A DNA stretch of 64,000 bases. It comes from Burkholderiales bacterium (GTDB lineage Bacteria; Pseudomonadota; Gammaproteobacteria; Burkholderiales; SG8-39). The first letter of the stretch is position 1; each line of letters starts with the position of its first letter. Positions 58,570-64,000 of this stretch are shown in pieces. The notes under the pieces were generated by a model, which did not search any database, was not told where the DNA came from, and saw nothing but the letters and a program-made list of their open reading frames with translations. A program made the position numbers and the translations under genes. The stretch spans positions 2,867 through 66,866 of the forward strand of contig JACZJV010000148.1 in the NCBI GenBank assembly GCA_014860355.1, in the 5' to 3' direction.

Positions 58570-59523
58570 ATGATGCAGGAACTTGCCGCTCTCATCAGCC
58601 AGTATGGCCTGTTGATCGTATTCGCGTTGGTGCTGCTGGAACAGCTGGGACTGCCCCTGCCGGCGATGCCCGCCCTCATCATTGCAGGAGCGATCGCCGC
58701 GCGTGGCGAGCTCTCGCTACCGGCGCTTTTCGGATCCGCCGTGCTCGCTTGCCTCATCGGGGACGCAGCCTGGTACGCCGCGGGGCGGAGCTACGGCAAT
58801 CGGGTTCTGAAGACGCTTTGCCGTGTCTCGCTTTCGCCTGACATTTGCGTGAACCAGGCCCACGCGAATTTTGACCGCTGGGGCATGGGTCTGCTGGTCA
58901 TTGCAAAGTACGTACCGGGGCTATCGACGGTGGCGCCGCCGCTCGCCGGCACAATGCGCGTCGGGTGGCGCGCCTTCATGCTGTTCGACGGGATCGGCAC
59001 CATGCTCTGGTCGGCTACCGGCCTGGGCGCGGGCTATCTGATGCACACCCAGATTGCGGTATTGCTGGCGCAGGCTGAGCGCCTGGGAACGGGTGTGCTG
59101 GTACTCGTCGCGGCGATCGCGGCCGGCTACGTGGCGACGAAATGGTGGAAGCGCCGGCGCCTGCTTGCCATGGTTCGTTCTGCGCGCATCGACGTCGACG
59201 AGCTGCACACCCTGATGAGTTCTGGAGCCCAACCGTTGATCGTCGACCTGCGACCCACCACCGCCCGCAGATTTGATCCCAGGACCATCCCGGGAGCAGT
59301 GCCCGTGGAGTTGCGCGCAATCCCGCGGAATTTCAGGCCCGCGCCGTCGCCAGACCAGGACATAATCATTTTTTGCACCTGCCCCAATGAAGCGGGGGCC
59401 GCTCGGGCCGCACGCTTGCTGATGGAACGCGGTTATGCACGCGTGCGGACCCTGCAGGGCGGCTTCGACGCCTGGATCGCGGCTGGCCACGGCACGCAGA
59501 CTTTTTCTGCTGCCGTTGCGTAG
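58570..59523 (+). CDS. DedA (VTT/SNARE-associated) membrane domain fused to a C-terminal rhodanese domain
   Basis: ATG 58570. DedA-type LEQLGLPLPAMPALIIAG... with several TM helices, then a rhodanese-like tail (LIVDLRP...IIIFCTCPNEAGAARAARLL...GGFDAW). Confidence 0.7.
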   Translation: MMQELAALISQYGLLIVFALVLLEQLGLPLPAMPALIIAGAIAARGELSLPALFGSAVLACLIGDAAWYAAGRSYGNRVLKTLCRVSLSPDICVNQAHANFDRWGMGLLVIAKYVPGLSTVAPPLAGTMRVGWRAFMLFDGIGTMLWSATGLGAGYLMHTQIAVLLAQAERLGTGVLVLVAAIAAGYVATKWWKRRRLLAMVRSARIDVDELHTLMSSGAQPLIVDLRPTTARRFDPRTIPGAVPVELRAIPRNFRPAPSPDQDIIIFCTCPNEAGAARAARLLMERGYARVRTLQGGFDAWIAAGHGTQTFSAAVA

Positions 59524-59741
59524 AGGGAGTTCCAGATCGCGGCAACGGCATCACGAGCGATCGCTCTCGAAATTCGCCAGAGACGGCTCCGGGTCGTGAC
59601 TGTGGATTCGCGTCCTCGAATGGCGGACCCCGAGCTCTGGTTGAGGAAGCAATGGCTTGGGCGTAATCTGACCACGCCAAGCCCCACTTGTGGGAGCGAC
59701 TTCGTTATTCGGCGGGTAAGTAGAAGCGGGGGACGGATCAG

Positions 59742-60439
<698 letters not shown>

Positions 60440-60726
60440 TCGCGTTCAGCACTATTGGTGTCCGCGAAATTCACGCGTCGAGTGGCCGCTTTTCAAAGCG
60501 GTCTACTTCCGTTTCGGGTCGATAGGGCGAGTAGCGATTTTCGATAAGCAGCGAAAGGTGCGACTCGCGTAGCGTAACTCTCGGCCATCGAGAGACGCCG
60601 GCGAGACATGGAAGTTGCCGCTCCAGGCGTCCGGTCCACACTCGACAGCCGACCTTCATGGATCTCGAGCGGCACTATTTTTTTGAAACGCCGCGCGCGG
60701 GTGGCGTTCTGGAACGTTCCCCTGGG

Positions 60727-61698
60727 CTAAGGCTGCAGGATCACCGAGCCGGTGGTCTTGCGCGATTCCAGGTCGCGGTGCGCCTGCGCGGCGTCGGCGA
60801 GCTTGTAGCGGGCCGTGGTCTCGATCTTCACCTTGCCGGACAGCACCGCGTCGAACAGCGCGTTTGAACGCTCGACGAGTTCGGCACGGGTGGCGATATG
60901 CGTGGCGAGCGTAGGGCGCGTGACATAGAGCGAGCCCTTGGCCGAGAGTATTCCCAGGTTCACCGGCGCCACCGGGCCCGAGGCGTTGCCGAAGCTCACC
61001 ATCAGCCCGCGCGGACGCAGGCAATCGAGCGATCCCTCCCAGGTCGACTTGCCGACACCGTCGTACACCACCGGCACGCCCTTGCCGTCGGTGATCGCCC
61101 TGACTTTCTCGACGAAATTTTCCGTGCTGTAGTTGATCACGTGATCGGCGCCGTGCGCCTTGGCGAGCGCCATTTTCTCCGGTGAGCCCGCCGTCGCGAT
61201 GGTGGTGACGCCGAGCGCTTTCAGCCATTGGCAGGCAATCAGGCCGACACCGCCCGCGGCCGCGTGCCACAGCACCGTGTCGCCCTTCTTCACCTGGTAG
61301 GTGCTGAAAATGAGGTAGTGGACCGTAAGCCCCTTGAGCAGCATCGAGGCCGCCTGATCGTCGGTGATGCCTTGCGGCAGCTTCACCATGCGATCGGCCG
61401 GCACCAGGCGCTGCTCGCAGTAGGAGCCCGCCAGGCCGGTGTAGGTCACCCGGTCGCCCAGTTTCAGATCCGTCACGCCCGGCCCCACCGCCTCGACTAC
61501 GCCCGCGCCCTCGTTGCCTCCGGTCTGCGGCAGTTGCATCGGGTACAGCCCGGAGCGCTGGTAGGTATCGACGAAATTGACGCCTATTGCAGTATGCCGG
61601 ATGCGCACCTGCCCCTTGGCCGGATCCCCAACCTCCACGTCGTCCAACTGCAAAACCTCTGGACCGCCCTGTTTGTGGTACCGGATTGCTTTTGCCAT
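60727..61698 (-). CDS. qor: NADPH:quinone oxidoreductase (zeta-crystallin-like MDR)
   Basis: 323 aa. MAKAIRYHKQGGPEVL..., AAAGGVG Rossmann motif, no structural zinc ligands. Confidence 0.85.
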   Translation of the reverse strand: MAKAIRYHKQGGPEVLQLDDVEVGDPAKGQVRIRHTAIGVNFVDTYQRSGLYPMQLPQTGGNEGAGVVEAVGPGVTDLKLGDRVTYTGLAGSYCEQRLVPADRMVKLPQGITDDQAASMLLKGLTVHYLIFSTYQVKKGDTVLWHAAAGGVGLIACQWLKALGVTTIATAGSPEKMALAKAHGADHVINYSTENFVEKVRAITDGKGVPVVYDGVGKSTWEGSLDCLRPRGLMVSFGNASGPVAPVNLGILSAKGSLYVTRPTLATHIATRAELVERSNALFDAVLSGKVKIETTARYKLADAAQAHRDLESRKTTGSVILQP

Positions 61699-61982
61699 CT
61701 GTCCGTCTCCTGGTTAAGTTTCATTGCCCTCGCCGTCCTGCGTAGCGAAAGATTTTATTTAGGGCCGCGTGGGTCAGCCGCCGATGACCTTCCCAACCAA
61801 CGAAGGCGAGCGGAAGATGAACCCGGCAGCCCGCAGGACTCAAGATAACGCATCTGGGCCGCTGTTGGCTAATCTGAGACGCAAGCGCCCGGATCGGTAT
61901 GATCGAGCGACGGCCGCCCCGGACGCCGCTGGTCCTGGATTGCGGGCATTCCTGCGCGGGTGCCATCGCCAGAGCAGGTAGA

Positions 61983-64000
61983 ATGCGCGGGGTGAAGCCG
62001 GAGCAAACCAACAGCAGGCGCGGGAATCCGCAGCAACGCCGATACTCCGCCGCCGAACTCGAGCAGCGCCGCGCTGCGCTGCCGAAGATCGAGTACCCGG
62101 AAGAACTGCCGGTCAGCGCCCGGCGCGCTGACATCGCGCGCGCGATCGGCGAACACCAGGTGCTCATCGTCTGCGGCGAGACCGGATCGGGCAAGACCAC
62201 GCAGCTGCCCAAGATCCTGCTCGAACTCGGGCGCGGGATAAACGGCCTGATCGGCCACACCCAGCCGCGGCGCATCGCCGCGCGCGCCACCGCGGCGCGC
62301 ATCGCGCTGGAACTCAGGACCGAACTCGGCAGCGTAGTCGGCTACAAGATCCGCTTCAACGACAAGACCGGCCCGCGCTCCTGCATCAAGCTCATGACCG
62401 ACGGCATACTGCTCGCCGAGACGCAGGGCGACCGCGAACTGCGCCAGTACGACGCGATCATCATCGACGAGGCGCACGAGCGCAGCCTGAACATCGATTT
62501 CCTGCTCGGCTACCTCAGGCAGCTGCTGGCGCGCCGGCCCGATCTCAAGCTCGTCGTCACCTCGGCAACCATAGATGCAGAGCGCTTCTCCAGGCATTTC
62601 GGCGGGGCGCCCGTGATCGAGGTATCGGGGAGGTTGTACCCGGTGGAGATACGCTACCGGCCGCTCGCGGTGGCGAAGCCGGTAAGCGCCGGGGCGCCGC
62701 GCCCCGGGACGGCGGCGCCGCGCCCGGGAACGAACGACGCGCCGGATCTGGCCGATGCCATCGTCGACGCCGTGGATGAAGTCTCGCGCTGCGGAACCGG
62801 CGACGTGCTGGTGTTCCTGCCGGGCGAGCGCGAGATCCGCGAGACGGCCGAGGCGCTGAGAAAGCACCATCCGCCGACCCATAGGGAAACGCGGGAAATC
62901 CTGCCGCTGTACGCGCGGCTGTCGGCAGCGGAGCAGGAGCGCGTGTTCAAGCCGCACACGGGCCGGCGCATCGTGCTCGCCACCAACGTCGCCGAGACTT
63001 CGCTCACCGTGCCGGGCATACGCTACGTGGTCGATCCGGGCGAGGCGCGCATCAAGCGCTACAGCTACCGCAGCAAGGTCGAACAGCTGCAGGTGGAGAA
63101 GATCTCCCAGGCGAGCGCCAACCAGCGCGCCGGGCGCTGCGGCCGCGTGGCGAGCGGCGTGTGCATACGCCTGTACGACGAGGACGGGTTCAAGGCGCGC
63201 CCGGCCTACACCGAGCCCGAACTCCTGCGCTCTTCGCTTGCGGGCGTGATCCTGCGCATGAAGTACCTGGGACTGGGCGAGGTCGGGGATTTTCCGTTTC
63301 TCGATCCACCGCTGCCCAAAGCGGTCAGCGACGGCTATGGGCTGCTCACCGAACTCGGCGCGGTGGACGAGGCGTACGAGTTGACCGAGATCGGGCGAGA
63401 GCTCGCGCGGCTGCCGCTGGACCCCTGCATAGCGCGCATGATCCTGGCTGCCCGGACGGAGAACAGTCTGGCCGAGGTACTGATCATCGCTGCCGCGCTC
63501 TCGTCGCAGGACCCGCGCGAGCGTCCGCTGGAGCGGCAGGGCGCAGCCGACGCGGCGCAACTCAAATTCGACGATGAAAAATCCGATTTCCTCTCCTTTC
63601 TCAAGCTGTGGAAGTTCTACCAGGAGGCGGTGGCGCACAAGAAATCCAGGCGCAAGCTGGCCGATTTGTGCCGCGAGCATTTTCTCTCCTACAAGCGCAT
63701 GCGCGAGTGGCTGGACATCCACAGCCAGTTGCATACCTTTGTCGCCGAACTCGGCTGGAAGCCGTCGGGCAAGGAGGCGAGCTATGCGCAGATCCACCGC
63801 GCCCTGCTCGCCGGACTGCTGGGCAATATAGGCTGCAAGTCGGAGGACAGCGAGCATTACCTCGGCGCGCGCGGCATCAAGTTCCTGATCCATCCCGGTT
63901 CGGGCGTGGGCAGGAAAGCCGGACGCTGGATCATGGCGGCGGAGATCACCGAAACCACGCGCCTGTATGCGCGCTGCGTCGCCCGCATCGAGCCCGAGTG
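61983..64000 (+). CDS. hrpA: ATP-dependent RNA helicase HrpA (5' part; runs off the right edge)
   Basis: Translation by hand gives ...LPVSARRADIARAIGEHQVLIVCGETGSGKTTQLPKILLELGRG...IIIDEAHERSLNIDFLLGYL..., i.e. the DEAH-box motifs. An alternative in-frame ATG lies at 61899. Absent from the ORF track because it is open at 64000. Confidence 0.88.
   Translation, partial: MRGVKPEQTNSRRGNPQQRRYSAAELEQRRAALPKIEYPEELPVSARRADIARAIGEHQVLIVCGETGSGKTTQLPKILLELGRGINGLIGHTQPRRIAARATAARIALELRTELGSVVGYKIRFNDKTGPRSCIKLMTDGILLAETQGDRELRQYDAIIIDEAHERSLNIDFLLGYLRQLLARRPDLKLVVTSATIDAERFSRHFGGAPVIEVSGRLYPVEIRYRPLAVAKPVSAGAPRPGTAAPRPGTNDAPDLADAIVDAVDEVSRCGTGDVLVFLPGEREIRETAEALRKHHPPTHRETREILPLYARLSAAEQERVFKPHTGRRIVLATNVAETSLTVPGIRYVVDPGEARIKRYSYRSKVEQLQVEKISQASANQRAGRCGRVASGVCIRLYDEDGFKARPAYTEPELLRSSLAGVILRMKYLGLGEVGDFPFLDPPLPKAVSDGYGLLTELGAVDEAYELTEIGRELARLPLDPCIARMILAARTENSLAEVLIIAAALSSQDPRERPLERQGAADAAQLKFDDEKSDFLSFLKLWKFYQEAVAHKKSRRKLADLCREHFLSYKRMREWLDIHSQLHTFVAELGWKPSGKEASYAQIHRALLAGLLGNIGCKSEDSEHYLGARGIKFLIHPGSGVGRKAGRWIMAAEITETTRLYARCVARIEPE

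Noticed and set aside
61869-63893. 674-aa minus-strand ORF
   Set aside because: It is antisense to hrpA, whose DEAH-helicase motifs are unambiguous on the plus strand. Its Arg/Ala/Gly-rich composition is typical of spurious antisense frames in GC-rich DNA.

Overview
GC-rich (roughly two-thirds G+C by eye) chromosomal segment, most likely beta- or gamma-proteobacterial. All product calls rest on motif and family recognition in the supplied ORF translations and on my own reading of the DNA. No database search or computation was run. Start codons were refined by eye using RBS, signal peptide and overlap logic.

Content from left to right:
- A type II secretion cluster: gspJ-I-H-G on the minus strand, divergent from gspC-like-D-E-F.
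- Housekeeping genes: M48 lipoprotein peptidase, carboxylesterase, mog, yjgA/pmbA.
- A TRAP transporter (Q, M and P subunits) next to a Zn alcohol dehydrogenase and a two-subunit Mo aldehyde/isoquinoline-type oxidoreductase.
- An ornithine cyclodeaminase-family gene.
- A coxG / VWA(coxE-like) / malonyl-CoA decarboxylase / MoxR(coxD-like) block, then a DUF1847 gene.
- A histidine kinase followed immediately by a Ser/Thr kinase fused to two receiver domains.
- ribE-ribD-nrdR-glyA.
- Aldehyde dehydrogenase, DUF2892, Mut7-C RNase-like, PLP dehydratase, DegP/Q and a lipoprotein hydrolase.
- MocA-like / XdhC / CoxS / CoxM, with no large Mo subunit adjacent.
- An accessory stretch (~44.0-55.8 kb) whose right part (~48.6-55.7 kb) is visibly lower in GC. 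It carries a small tyrosine recombinase with an in-frame stop, and a family of dispersed repeats at most gene junctions.
- AraC, a FixH-like lipoprotein, a di-haem peroxidase, a DedA-rhodanese fusion, a frameshifted NAD(P)H-binding gene, qor, and the 5' two kilobases of hrpA.

I found no rRNA, tRNA or CRISPR array. The most interesting signals are:
- the recombinase plus repeat-bounded cassette-like organisation of the island;
- the HK to STK-REC-REC pair;
- two tandem 22-bp hairpins that share an inverted 21-nt apical module.
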